DNA of 64,000 nucleotides from Anthoceros angustus (GCA_010909165.1 VJWM01000187.1:124001-188000); one strand, 5' to 3'; positions 29,494-42,733 are shown, counted from the stretch's first letter. Made by a program: numbers and translations. The notes: generated by a model not told the origin, from the letters alone.

Positions 29494-29624
29494 ACCACAG
29501 TAAAAGAGCATTGATCACTTGTTGTCATAGTCACACTGGGTCTTCCCCGCATTGTTGTAAGTCTATCACCCCGAATTGTGATACTTCCGAAATATACACC
29601 TTGGACCTGTCACGAGCAATCGCC
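29494..29624 (-). pseudogene. Internal RNase E fragment (homologous to ~52477-52609)
   Basis: TCACCCCGAATTGTGATACTTCCGAAATATACACCTTGGACCTGTCACGAGC versus 52551 TCACCCCGAATTGTGAAATGTCCGAAATATACACCTTGGATCTGTCACGAGC. Confidence 0.9.
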
Positions 29625-30349
29625 TCAATGAAGATTCGTAGAAATGCTGTGCGGGCGTGGGGATACTAAGTATTTTCCAAATTTGCAACTGAAGCGTGGA
29701 AGGCTTTCCTGGCGAGGCTTTTCATACTGATAAAAGGGGATGATGATGGAAAGAGCTACCACATTCCATGAACTGGAACCACACAAGCATTCTGCACTAT
29801 ACATACTTGCCATAATCCATAAATGGGGGCACACCGGATTCTGATTTTCATGACGGATATCTCAATCCAAAGATGCGGAAATTCCTATCAAACCACATTC
29901 AGAGGAAACATATCGTGGGCAACTGGGCTGACTTGAAAGTATGAGACGGGAGTCAGGCTTAGATTTCCATGTGTCGGAAGATCTAGCACTTCAATTTCCA
30001 TAGGAATACCGGAACTGGATCATAAAGCTTGCAGGCAACCCTGCAAATGTATCCATGGGACCAGGACCTTGCATGAGAGTCATTGTCAAATTCCAAGGGC
30101 CTGCAATTGCAATTGGAAAAGCTGCAACATGAGATACCAAGGCTAGAGGATGCATCTCTTCAAAGCAAGCATTATCCAATGAGTAAAAGGGTTTGAACCT
30201 GAACGAACCTGCAAGAGGAGCATAGTAGCTCAGTCTTGGCCTCTGTTGCAACAAACCAGAATAGCACAGTCTTAGCACGATATAAAACAGCCACTCAGAA
30301 ATCGGAGAGTCTGCCCGTGCCGGAGATTCAAGGGCTCCACGGCTTAAGT

Positions 30350-31500
30350 AAGCTTCCCTGCTGATATGACGTGCTCACGGTTACAGCTTTTGTGACGGCC
30401 ATTTCCGATCCTGCAGACCTGCTAGGCTCAGGCTTCACCATTACCCATCTGCAGATCCAAGGAAACGAGCCACTCATCAACCCCCCAAGCTGGCTTCCAC
30501 TTGTTCAACCACAGCAACTCGCCGGATCCCTAACGCCGGCAGTCAGACCCACGGGAGCTATTCTCGTCTGTTGTCCCACCACATGGTAGGGTCCAGGAAA
30601 AAGTGTTGCCACAAATGCTCCTGCTCCTGGCCATGACCATTGTTGTAACACCTGTCCCCACCTACACATTTTCTTGGATGTGAAAGTGCTGGCCTCCTTA
30701 CACTGCTACACATGGAGCTCATTTCCGACTCGACCCACCTGCCAGGTTCAGGATTATCCGGATGGCTGGCCTTGGAAGGAGAGGCACCATGACCCATCTG
30801 CATACCCAAGGAAACGAGCTGCTCATCAACCCAGCCCCATGCGCCGGAAGTCAGGCGAGGGGGAGCTCTCCCTATCTCGTCTGTTGTCCCACCACATGCT
30901 GGTCCAAGGAAAATTTGCCTGCCAAGGCACCACCTTGCCGCGCTGACTGCAGAAGCCGAGACACCACCGCGTTCTTTCATCTTCTTGTACGCACCGTTTA
31001 TTGACGGAGGAAAGAAGGAGCCCATCTACCATAGCACATCATAGGGACTAATCTAACTCTCCTTCGTCACGGTAATCCTTCCTTGATCCGGCTTGTGTAA
31101 TGAGCGCTATGCCTCTACCGCTTGATGTACTGTTAGGAGGGAAGTTTGTTCTGCGTTTCTTTATCTCGAATGGCCATGAATGCTCAAGCATGTGTAACCG
31201 GGTACCTAGGGACGTTAGAGGCTAGCTATCGGAAGATGTTGGTGCCCTCAATGTATGTTTGCGCCCGAAAAGAAAGGCTCAGAAAGCTTCCCCTGCTGAC
31301 ATACTCAGAAAGATTCCCCTGCTGACACACTCAGAAAGCTTCCCCTGCTGACATTACAGATCGCAATTTCCGATCCGGACAGCATGCTTCATGATTCAGA
31401 ACAATCCACAGAGCTCGATTTGGAAGGAGAGGCACCATGACCATCTGCATATGCAAAGAAACAAGCTACTCATCAGCTTCGAGCGACCATGAGGGTCCAC
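30350..31500 (-). pseudogene. Relic of an OSB/PTAC9-like organellar ssDNA-binding protein gene (degenerate PDF-motif repeats)
   Basis: Minus-strand translations LWQHFFLDPTMWWDNRRE and MWWDNRRDRESSPSPDFRR..WVDEQLVSLG match the OSB PDF motif (W..FF..P..WWDNR....PDF...WV..QL). Three diverged repeat units with stops and frameshifts. Confidence 0.6.
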
Positions 31501-32929
31501 CAAAAGTTTGACAGTAGCTTCATGGAAGCTCAAGTAGAAACCTAGCAGAGATGAGAAGTGCAACATTTGTGCCCAAGAAAGGAGACCAGCATATTCGTGG
31601 TCCCCAATGCCATTATGGCGCGCCCCAAGCTCTAACTTGCTGGACTAGGCACAGCAGCGCGATTCGAGTGCACCAGGCTCGGGCCGATGCAGCAGAGCCA
31701 GCAGCAGGAGAGCGATGGGGAGTGACGTGAGGAAAGGAGGAAGAAGGCGGCGCTGCTGGTCCGGAGTGCATCCTGGAAGCCCTTCGAAAGGGATACGAAG
31801 TGTGTCTCTACACTAGTTGAAGTGTGTCTCTAAATTGGTTATACATAAAACAAATACATATAGCTCAGCAAGTGACTTTGAGGACTTGGACCGGAATGAG
31901 CAGGTCCTCGATTCAAATCGCCAAGGCTTAGTTTTAGAATTTATTTTAAAATGTACAGTAAAACTTTGTATATATATAAATTAACGAACAAAAGTTAATG
32001 AGTTCCGCAGTATGGTCTCGAGGTAAACACGAGTTCTTGCTTTCGGACGGCGTGCATCCAAATCCGCCAAACAATTCTGTATTTGGTAGCTCAGCAAGAT
32101 GGGGTCTCACATGCCATATATCGCAGGACACAACAAAGAGGATGTATCTTGTATGCCATGGATTACGAGATGTATCCTGATTTTGCAACGCGGGATGCAA
32201 CCGGACGAGATATACCCCTAAATTTTGCAATGCAAGAGGCAATGGGAGGGGATGTATCATGTATGCCATATACGTATACGTAGTATACTCCTACACATAT
32301 GCCTTATATATTCTATCATAATATACAAATAATTAAGCTTATATCAATCTACATATACATGTGTATACCTTGTATTTTTACCATGGATATAAATGGACAA
32401 TGGAAGGGTGCATATTTAATATCAATGTAGGACTGGTTGAAGGCCAAAAAAAATTAGTGTTCAACCTATCTATAGGTATGGTCAAGAAAAAATATTGATG
32501 AAGAAATGGTGTAGTTATGAGGTTGGAGAGAAAGGTGAGAGTGTGTGCAACATGTTTCATCGATGTTCTGGTGTGGGCAACATAAACAAATAGTGTTAAG
32601 AGGGGTGTAATGAAGAAGGCAGAGTGAAACAAATAGTTCTTTAAAGGGGGTGTAATAAAGAGGGGAGGCTGATAGGGGAGAGAGGGGGCTTCTTGTTACA
32701 ATAAATGTTGCACAGTCATGTTGCAATTACATGTGGAAAATAATAAAAAATGGTTGTGAAAGAGGGGGTGTAGTTACGAGGGTGAGATGGGAGGAGGGAG
32801 AGTCAATTCGTGTTGAGATGGTATCATATGGGGAAACAAGTCACAAACTTAACACGAAGCCTCAAAAGCATATTGCAATGTGGAAGCGTTGCATGAAATT
32901 GGAACAACAAATGTAGCATAGTCTGCCCT

Positions 32930-33790
32930 TTCTATTAGGGCAGGGATTTCACATCTATCGCACCTACAACCTTCACTACAGCGATGCGCTTTTGTCTAGG
33001 CTTGGTTCAACTAGTGGCATTAACTCCTCACTTTTCACCTATGACTGTGGCTCTGCCTTGAACACATCGAGGACACAATAATCTAGGACGCATCTTGCTC
33101 GTTGTCCTAATGCGTGTCAACGTATAGCCAACCATGATGTCATTCGTGACGTTATGTCTCCAATGGCTCGTGAAAGTGATTATATGGCTTGGAGGGAGCA
33201 TTAGTATGCTTTATGTACAAGGCAAATGGCCAGACTCGACTTGTACCTTGTCTGGGGTGACCAAGTCTCGATGGCGGACATAGTGGTCACTGAACACCCT
33301 ACACCTATGAACCACCTATGAACAGGTTATCTTAAACCATATAGGTTGGGTGGCACCTAGAGTAATGGCTTTCAAGGTTACTAAGTAAAGGGGAATGCAA
33401 GCAGGCCACCTCTTCATCCCACTCGCCTTGGAGACTTATGGGCGTTGCCTTAAGACTTTGATAAATTTATCATGTCTTGTGCCAAAGCATACCATGCAAG
33501 GAAATATGGAGCAGGACTATCCCTCTTCTATTTCACAGCGTTCTTTTGGCTGCGAGTATCTATTGCTCTCTAAAGGGCACTTGCAAAGGCTATATAGGAC
33601 TGTTGAAGATGCATCCTCGACTAGTTCAGTAATATGACATTCAATCTCCCTAGTTATGATGTTGTAGGCCTTATAGGTGACTTTAGACACGAAGCTTAGT
33701 TGCTCCTTTGTCACTGTGACCCTTGGGGTCTCCCTTTGATCTTCTTTAGTAGATCAGTTCACTCATCTCCTCTTTCCTTAATAAAAACTT
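32930..33790 (+). mobile_element. 3' relic of a CRE-like (restriction-like endonuclease) non-LTR retrotransposon
   Basis: Broken frames give FTTAMRFCLGL..CGSAL..HLARC..RIANHDVIRD..RLDLY..ADIVVT..FIPLALETYG (CCHC knuckle plus RLE domain). A-rich 3' end; paralogous to 41150-42035. Confidence 0.7.
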
Positions 33791-33915
33791 CACTTCTAAA
33801 GAACTACCTAGTACTCACCGGTGAGCTACTACTCTTCAATACATGAAACGGCATGAGCACTAAGGATATGACATCGGATGCCTAACAAGAAGGTTTTCAC
33901 TAAGTCAAATCAAGT

Positions 33916-34170
33916 TTACTCTTAATGTTCAAGCTCTGTAAACAGAACATTGAAGATAGAATCTTAGACTACTCTTAATATCCAAACAATGGAAAATAAG
34001 ATTGAAGACGGAATCTTAGATTACTCTTAATATCCAAGCAATGCTACAAGAAAATTAAAGACAAAATCTTCTACTCTTAATATCCATGCAATCTTGAAAC
34101 AAAATGGAGGATAGAGCTATGTCTTCTACTCCTAATAACTAAGTAAAGCTAAAAGAAGATTGCAGACTAC
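33916..34170. repeat. ~55-bp diverged tandem repeat, 4-5 copies
   Basis: TACTCTTAATATCCA...AAGATTGAAGAC.GAATCTT repeated. Confidence 0.75.
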
Positions 34171-34465
34171 AAGAAAAGCACAATAGGGAAGGTTATTGTA
34201 AGTAAGTATTATATGAGGCTTAGTGTATAATTCAACATTATATTATGTTGAGAGCATAGATGGATAATAACAATTCTTGGGGTACTTTCAACATGGAGTA
34301 CTAAGTTAGAAAACACCTTTCCCCCATATAAAGACCTTATGCATTCAAGTTCTTCGAGTGCTAAGGCATCCACGATGGTGCCTTGAGGTTTTTTTGTTTT
34401 CTTAACCTTTCTCAGCTATCTTTTTCTTGTACTCGCGATCTTATATACAGGAGACGGTTAGCAAA

Positions 34466-35937
34466 ATGTCTTATAAAATGTCTAGCCATTCATTATTGTT
34501 CATCGTGATATCCTACACATGTTTGTCTCATGTGAATGGGTTTTCTATAGATCCTATTATGCCTTCGTGCGACACCCTAATTACATCTTGTCAAAGACCA
34601 CTTGTTGTACGACATAATCTTCGAGATCCAACTAATCATTTTCATAAGTATCTTGGAGGTTATAACTTAAGAAACTTAGCTTATGTGAATAGTTTGTTAT
34701 ACACAGGATGGCCATTTTTCCTAGCCGCTATCGCAGTGATTCTTACATTGTTGTAGTTATCACCTTGATGTCGTTATTTCCTCCTATCCGACGATTATTC
34801 AAACGTAATATACCTCATAACCAAAATTTTCTCCGATTTATGATGGGTGTAGTGATCTTTGTGGTCGGTCCAGTTACGGTGGCAAGTTGGTTGGCATATA
34901 TTGTTACAGAGCACTCATATTGTCAACGAGCTTTTGGGCTTTCACATTCATTGGAAATGGATACAGCTGCATTGGCTGATTCACAAGTGAAGAGCGTGGA
35001 AAGCATGAAACTATGGTTAGACTAGACACTTTGAACCCTGGCATTGGGCCTAGGTTTCATCAATTTAGGAACACTTTTTATGCGGCAGGACCTAACATTT
35101 GGCCATATTGTGGCCGGATTGACTATTGTATTGGTTTTTTTGAATATAGGCATGGCAATTGGCATATTCTTTCGATCCAATTGGGGTTGGACACGATCAC
35201 CATTTTATATGATTCAAATTCTTAATAGCTGGATCCTAATAGCTGGGCTTTTGGTCGTATGTGGATACTACTACAGTTTGTTGAATGCAACAAAAGATGC
35301 ATTTGATGCGCTAAAGAATTATGGAGCCCATTCAACACAACATTAGATCTGAAGGGCTACTTCCCATGCGTGGAGCTATCAGCAAAACGGATTCAAGCAT
35401 ATATGGATGTTTATCACATTTCAAGACTAATGCACAAGCAAGCAGCAAATATTCATGAACAAATTACTATTGTGCAGAGTTACTGTAGTAATTTTACAAA
35501 TCCAATTCATGAGCACATGAAGGTGGAGCTCACAGATACAAGTAGGAGCCTTGTAGCAATGATGCCTATCATTCACAATATAGCTGCATGTTCTGATAGA
35601 CTAGATTTGGTACAGACCACAGTAAACTATAACCATGTGATGGATCCATTGCACGCCTCGATATGGAGTATGATAGGGTTGATGGGTTGTTTAATTATTT
35701 TTTCACATTTGGTGGGAGTTGTGAGAGCCATTGCACAAGCACCTCGTGCCACCCAGTTACCTTTGAGTAGGCCGAGGTCATAAGTAAATCAACAAGGACC
35801 TATGATAACAAAGCATCTAATAATTGGTGCAGGATTTGCAAATGCAAAATGGGAGAATCAAGAAGCCAAGCGTAGAAAGCCTTTGCCTTTGCCTTTACCC
35901 TTGTTTGAAAGGAATGTTATTGAGATATAGCTAATCC
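34466..35937 (+). pseudogene. Pseudogenised paralog of the membrane-protein gene at 48913-50559
   Basis: Collinear high identity. Frameshift ~34750, deletions ~35000 and ~35051 (about 108 bp), premature stop 35781-35783. Upstream TATAAA (34327-34332) is shared with the paralog. Confidence 0.92.
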
Positions 35938-36933
35938 GCTCTGAATTGAAAGATGTTTCGCGCTTTGTTGTCTTGTATATGAGAAACGAATGCACTATTT
36001 GGGGGAACGACCTAGCATTATACTTGATCAGCCAATAACAGTCCAAATTTCTCCACCTTTTTCAAAATTTGTTGGGACTTCTCTACTCTTGAGTAAACTG
36101 GAATTTGGAGTGCCCCATAGCCCTGGAGAGGTATAGGCTAACACAATGACAATGAAGTGAAAAATGATGTAAGTAGTACGCAGCAAAGGTAGTAATTAAT
36201 TACCAAACCTGAAATCCAAATAGAATACATGGCAGTGTAAGTAGACATGTACAACTATTATTGGTATATCGAGTACATATATCCTAGCTAGTATTTGTAG
36301 ATGTTCTTCATGTTCTTTTTACATGAGGAGAAAGAGGGACAAGAGAGAGGCAGGAGGCATAGCCAAATTTATAAACATTCATAAGAATGTGGCTGTTAAG
36401 CATCTTGTGCTTCAATAGCTACTTAGATGGTGTGCGTAGAGGGAGTGAATGCCCTTGGTGCTAGTTGCTTAAGCACACCATGGTACAAGTTGTTAAGTAC
36501 CAAGTGCACGATAGAAAAATGCCATCCAAGTGGACTATAATAGACTTCTTTTTCTTCATGGAGTGATGGGGCCCTCGTCTGGCAAAGTGATCTTTAGCTT
36601 TAGCGGAAGTACATAGTGAAAGAAATATACACATTTAATGAAACCGATAAAAAGTCCCACCGTAAGTTCGAACTTTTTGTAGGAGGATGCGGAAGGATGC
36701 AATTGCAAAGGGATGTAGGAGGATGTGGAAGGATGCAATTGTATGTGAATGTAGGAGGATGCAGTTGGGAGGAATCGCATGAGGATGTAGGACGATGCTG
36801 GAAGGATTAATTGCAAGAGGATATAGGAGGATGCGGGAGGGAGCGATGGTGGATGTGGAAGTAAGCGAATAATATATATTGTAGCGACTTACCCCTACTT
36901 TACAATTCCCCGCTGATGAGGTTGCTTCTACAA

Positions 36934-39900
36934 CAGTGTCTCTTTGCATAGGGGTTTGTCTCCGAACCCCATTTTAAACCCTAAACCCTAAACCATCCAG
37001 AAATGCACATGTCTTATTTCATTGTTTTCAACGATTTGCGAACCCACAGCCTATGCATCGGAGTCCAAAAGAAGACCTAATGTGCCGACCGTCCGTACAA
37101 ATGCCGGACACACCTCTTTGGAGCATAAGTGCGCTAGTTATCCGGTCGGCATTTGGAGAGGATTGAGTCAATACTTATGCAGGCAAACACTTTCGTTCAA
37201 GTTGCTTGCGCACACTTGCTTGCACACTTGCTACTGCACCAACACTCACATCAATTCTTTTTTCAAACCCCGTCATTCAGAGCAATCCCAGATGGCAGGC
37301 ATACCCTGTCAAACCTGCCCTCTCCATGCCGGAGATAAGCTGCACTTAGAGCTGCAGCTTTAGGCGGGCGAGAATTGGGCAAGGTAAAGGATGGTGAGGC
37401 CTCCTCAACCCTTCTTGATCAAACTCTTGAGCTTACATTTCTCCTTGTCAAGTCCGTGCCGCTTTCAACCTTAGTTTACCCATGGGTGGCACATGGTGCA
37501 AGTCAGATCTTAAATTCAAAATCTCTTGGCGAAGCTCAGCTATAGTTCGTCTCTGAACACCTAGCTACACCACAGCTGTAGCGGGCGTCAGAGTGGGTAT
37601 AGACAGGTCCTCCTTCAGAGCCTCATTGAAATACTCAGCCATTTGGTCAAAATCCCCAGCTAGGGCGATCAGCCCTCTTTCTTCAAATACTCACTAGCTT
37701 TCACTAGGGCTCGCAGTGGCCAGGCAGATGCTCTCTTATACTTGTGTTCGACTGCATCCGACAGGCTTTCATTACTCAAGGACAAATCATCTATTCTATT
37801 TATTTTCTTGCTTCTCTACAAAACATTGTGAAACATTGTCGTCTTCAAAAGGTTGGCCATTAGAAACCACCATCATACATGTCGAATTTTGGAAAATGTA
37901 GCTCATCTAGAAACCAAGGCCTATGCATCTATACGTGCATCAAACTCGAATGAGCCGGACATTTGGCGCACCAATCAAAAAGATCCAACTGCAAGTCATC
38001 GGTAGGGCACATAGAATAAGGCCGAAAAGATTTTACATGTTGTATACAAAGCGAATGTGGGAACATAACGTCAACCAACAAATGATTTTCAAAAATAATA
38101 TTCATGACTTCATGCCTAGATACCGGGATGATTTACAAATTTTTCAAACCACTAAAATCAACACTCCATCCTAGTATTGATCGCCTCTAGGTTGCTTAAC
38201 AGTGGAGTTTTTACAAAGTTTTAAAAGCACCAAAAACAAGCAAACCATCTTAGTACTGATCCGACCCAAGAGAGCTGAACCCTTGAGTTATTAACGTACC
38301 AAAAACAAGCACCCCATCCTAGTACCGATCCGACCCTACCTACACCTTTGCCAAGCAGGTGTTATTAAGCAAGATAGAAATAATACATATACATTTGCGC
38401 CGGACGTCCGGCGCATCCACCCACCACAATTCCATCGCGTTGGACGCCCACAAGATTGGGGTCTCAAAATGCGGACACACCTCTTTGGAGCATAAGTGCG
38501 CTAGTTATCCGGTCGGCATTTGGAGAGGATTGAGTCAATACTTATGCAGGCAAACACTTTCGTTCAAGTTGCTTGCGCACACTTGCTACTGCACCAACAC
38601 TCACATCAATTCTTTTTTCAAACCCCGTCATTCAGAGCAATCCCAGATGGCAGGCATACCCTGTCAAACCTGCCCTCTCCATGCCGGAGATAAGCTGCAC
38701 TTAGAGCTGCAGCTTTAGGCGGGCGAGAATTGGGCAAGGTAAAGGATGGTGAGGCCTCCTCAACCCTTCTTGGTCAAACTCTTTGGAGCTTACATTTCTC
38801 CTTGTCAAGTCCGTGCCGCTTTCAACCTTAGTTTACCCATGGGTGGCACATGGTGCAAGTCAGATCTTAAATTCAAAATCTCTTGGCGAAGCTCAGCTAT
38901 AGTTCGTCTCTGAACACCTAGCTACACCACACCGTAGCGCGTGAGTGGACAGTCCTCCTTCAGAGCCTCATTGAAATACTCAGCCATTTGGTCAAAATCC
39001 CCAGCTAGGGCGATCAGCCCTGTTTCTTCAAATACTCTCACTAGGGCTTGCAGTGGCTAGGCAGATGCTCTCTTATACTTATGTTCGACTGCATCCGATA
39101 GGCTTTTATTACTTAAGGACAAATCATCTATTCTCTTTGTTTTCGCTTCTCTACAAAACATTGTGAAACATTGTCGTCTTCAAAAGGTTGGCCATCAGAA
39201 ACCACCATTATGCATGTCAAATTTTGGAAAATGTAGCTCATCTAGAAACCAAGGCCCATGCATCTATACGTGCATCAAACTCGAATGAGCCGGACATTTG
39301 GCGCACCAATCAAAAGAGATCCAACCGCAAGTCACTCAGAGGGCACATAGAGTAAGGCCAAAAGGTTTACATGTTGTATACAAAGCGAATGTGGGAACAT
39401 AACGTCAACCAACAAATGATTTTCAAAAATAATATTCATGACTTCATGCCTAGATACCGGGATGATTTACAAATTTTTCAAACCATTAAAAATCAACACC
39501 CCATCCCGGTACTGATCCGCCTCTAGATTACTTAACAGTGGAGTTTTTACAAAGTTTTAAAAGCACCAAAAACAAGCAAACCATCTTAGTACTGATCCGA
39601 CCCAAGAGAGCTGAACCCTGGAGTTATTAACGTACCAAAAACAAGCACCCCATCCTAGTACTGATCCGACCCTACCTACACCTTTGCCAAGCAGGTGTTA
39701 TTAAGCAAGATAGAAATAATACATATACATTTGCGCCGGACGTCCGGCGCATCCACCCACCACAATTCCATCGCGTTGGACGCCCGCAAGATTGGGGTCT
39801 CCAGGAAAGGCGGTGAACGTCCGGCGCAGGCTTTAGCAAACTCGCGCCAATGTGCCGAACGTCCAGCACATTGCTCCAATTCCTTCGTCTGTTTTTCACT

Positions 39901-40418
39901 CAAACAATGGAGATCCGAGGTTGTGTACTCAACCAGGGCGTCCAGCTACTTTTAGAGTCGTAGTTTGGTCCTCTCGAGATGGCCATGATCGCTATCGGTT
40001 AATGTTCTCTCACAATTCGCGGACGTCCGTGCGGTTGCTTCTTTTGCGGTGCTACTTTTGCGTGTTGGTTGGGACGTCCGTGCGGTTTGGCTTGCTAGAC
40101 TAGTTTGTTTGGTTTGCCTCTGTTCACCACCTAGGAAGTACTATCGCCTGCGAAAGAGGTGTTTAGGATTCCTAGCACCTGTTATAAATCCTTAAAATCC
40201 CTTCCTTGTGAAGGTGAATTTCGCGAACCTTCTTCGGCTTAAACCCGGTTAGCGTAAGTGTTCGCGAGAAAATAACATGGTCAATGTTTTTCAGTACATG
40301 TCTAAAGAGTGGTTTTGCTAAAGATGATGCATTTTGGCCCGTTTTCGAGAGTCATTTTTTGGTCTTTAGGGACCCAAACCCCTTTAATGGAGAATAACCC
40401 CTATCGAGAGAGATACTG
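36934..40418. mobile_element. Non-autonomous hAT-like DNA transposon
   Basis: Imperfect TIRs: CAGTGTCTCTTTGCATAGGGGTT at left; right end read on the minus strand is CAGTATCTCTCTCGATAGGGGTT. 8-bp flanks TTCTACAA (36926-36933) and TTCTACTC (40419-40426). Repeated subterminal motifs CCATCCTAGTACTGATCCGACCC and GGACGTCC. No intact transposase. Confidence 0.7.
37099..39801. repeat. ~1.35-kb near-identical tandem duplication (37099-38466 and 38467-39801)
   Basis: Both units start AAATGC(C)GGACACACCTCTTTGGAGCATAAG and end AAGATTGGGGTCTC; the ORF track shows duplicated peptides. Confidence 0.95.
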
Positions 40419-40426
40419 TTCTACTC

Positions 40427-42035
40427 CAGGATAAGGCATTTTGGGTGTTCCCTTTGATGATCTCGACTTTGATGCGAGCTTTTTGGGCTAGGCCTTGGCA
40501 GATAACCTTTTTCACATTGAAGACCTTCCTTTGCTGGAGGACCCATAAGTGGCTTATGGCATTCTCTCCTCATGCTTTGCCAAATACCCAGGTTACCTTA
40601 TCCGCACATTGCCTCCAAGGTTCTCCAATTCTTCTCTCGCATTCAAAGGCATTGGAAGATCATGGGTGTCTTAAGAGACATTCTAGGCCGAGGGGCTTTT
40701 GAGTGTCCAGCAGGCAATCTGGCAAGCATATGCATCCTTGGCATTAGCTTATGGTTGGACAGGTGTGGTTTCCATGAAGGAATCCTCACCGGCGGTGTTT
40801 TTGGGCAGCTGGACTTTGACTGCCTCCGCTCTAGCCTCACGTTTCTTGCTTCACGACAAGCCCTTTTAGGAGGACTTTGTATTAGGAGTAGAAGAGGGAA
40901 CCCCACCTCTTCAAGTGTCCCTAAGACAAACTAGAGACGTGATATCAACGGAAGCAAGGCAGCTCTTCCCTTCTTTTATGACCTTCCTCAACGATAGTTT
41001 GAGGGGTTGCAGGCATCCTTGCTTGACAAACAACTCGGCCAGGCTTTCCAGTCCATCCTTTTGGACCCTTCCATTCCACGGAACAGAAAAGCTCGTCTCT
41101 GCTCTTATCTGGGAAGGGCTCAAGAGCTTGGCTATTGGCTGGTCTACAGAGATTTCATATCGCACTTACAACCTTCACTACATCAATGCGCTTCTGTCAA
41201 GGCTGGTTCAGCCAGTGGCTTCCTCTCTTCTCACCTGTGAATGTGGCTCTGCCTTGGACGCATCTAGGACGCATATATCTTGCTTGTTGTCCTTATGAGG
41301 GTCAATATATTACCACCCATGATGCCATTCGTGACGTTATATTTGCAATGCTCATGAAAGTGGTTATATGGCTTGGAGGGAGCGTTGGTATGCTTTACGT
41401 ACATGGCAGACGGTCAAAGCCGACTTGTACCTCGTCCGGGGTGTCCAAGTCTTAGTGGCAGACGTGGTGGTTATTGACTTTACACGGGAATCCATCTCTG
41501 AACATGTTATCCTAAACCATCCAAGTTGGGCGGCAACTAAAGCGGCGGCTTTTAAGTATGGGGGAATGCAGTCATGTCACTTCTTCATCCCGCTTGACTT
41601 GGAGACTTATGGAGCGTTGGCTAAAGGCTTTGATAAATTTATCAAGTCTTGCGTTGGCTAAAGGCTTTGATAAATTTATCAAGTCTTGCGTTGGCTAAAG
41701 GCTTTGATAAATTTATCAAGTCTTGCGCCAAAGCGTACCATACAAAGAGATATGAGCATGACTACTCTCTCTTACTTCACGGCGTTCTTTCGGCAGTGGG
41801 TATCCATAGCCCTCTAGAGGGCACTTGAAGGGGCTATCTTACAGACAGTAGCGAGTGCTGGAGATGCATTTTCGACACATTCAATAATATGTAGGCCATC
41901 AATCTCCCTAGTTATGATGTAAGCACTGTAGGTAGCTTTAGACACTAAACTTATTTGCACTTTCTTTATTGGGTCTTCCTTTGATGTGCTTTAGTAGATG
42001 GTTCACCCATAAACTCTTTCCTTTAAATACAAACT
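40427..42035 (+). mobile_element. Decayed CRE-like non-LTR retrotransposon (RT thumb region, CCHC, RLE); 5' part interrupted by the hAT-like element
   Basis: ILGVP; LLTCECGSALDASRTH; THDAIRDV; KADLYLVRGVQVLVADVVV; FKYGG..FFIPLDLETYG. Contains a 37-bp triplication at 41617-41727. Confidence 0.75.
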
Positions 42036-42733
42036 ACCTCCAGTTCGAATGTAGCGGTGCAATTATCAGTGTAGGAAATATGTGATCAAACCGACAACAT
42101 TGTGCATTCGACAACGTTGTGCATCCTATTGAGAGCCCTTGTTGTATCGTGCCTTTGATCTGGTTGAGTGATCTTCCTCAGCAAGCATTTGCCGGGTCTT
42201 TGCTTGCCCTAGTGAGTTGCTTTTTGAAGCAACAGTTTTCCCTTCGGTCAGGAAAAATGGTAACAAATCTGATCATGTTAGTCCTCTGTGAGGACAAAAG
42301 TTCCTTCGCAACACGGTCCGGAGGTGACCCATGTCCGCCGCAAGCAAAATATGTAAGGACCTGATCAACTGGTGAGCCGCTTGACCGTGAGCTGAGCCAG
42401 GGCTGCAGGCGCCTGGTGAAGAAGAACGTTTGCTCGTCTGTTCTTCGAATCACTGGGCGACCCTTGATCACTTTCAAGGTAATGCTTGGAGTACATGTTT
42501 TTTGCTTCTGATTATTCTTTGGCTCTAGCACCTTCCGGTGAACAGGCCCTGCGGTGTTCGGCAGGGAGCTGCACAGACGGCGAGGGTGTTTCCACAGATT
42601 TGCACTTTTTTGTTTTCTGTAAATACATGAGACCGAGAAGTCGAGAGTACCGGTGCAGAATTAGCAGAGAGACTCCAGCAATGCTGATCTTGGGTAACCG
42701 GCTATGGCCGTCAGTAGCGTCTACAGTTGGAAA

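Noticed and set aside
31858-31925. tRNA/SINE-like A-box and B-box remnants (TAGCTCAG..GATTCAAATC)
   Set aside because: No cloverleaf, tail or TSD; too degenerate to call.
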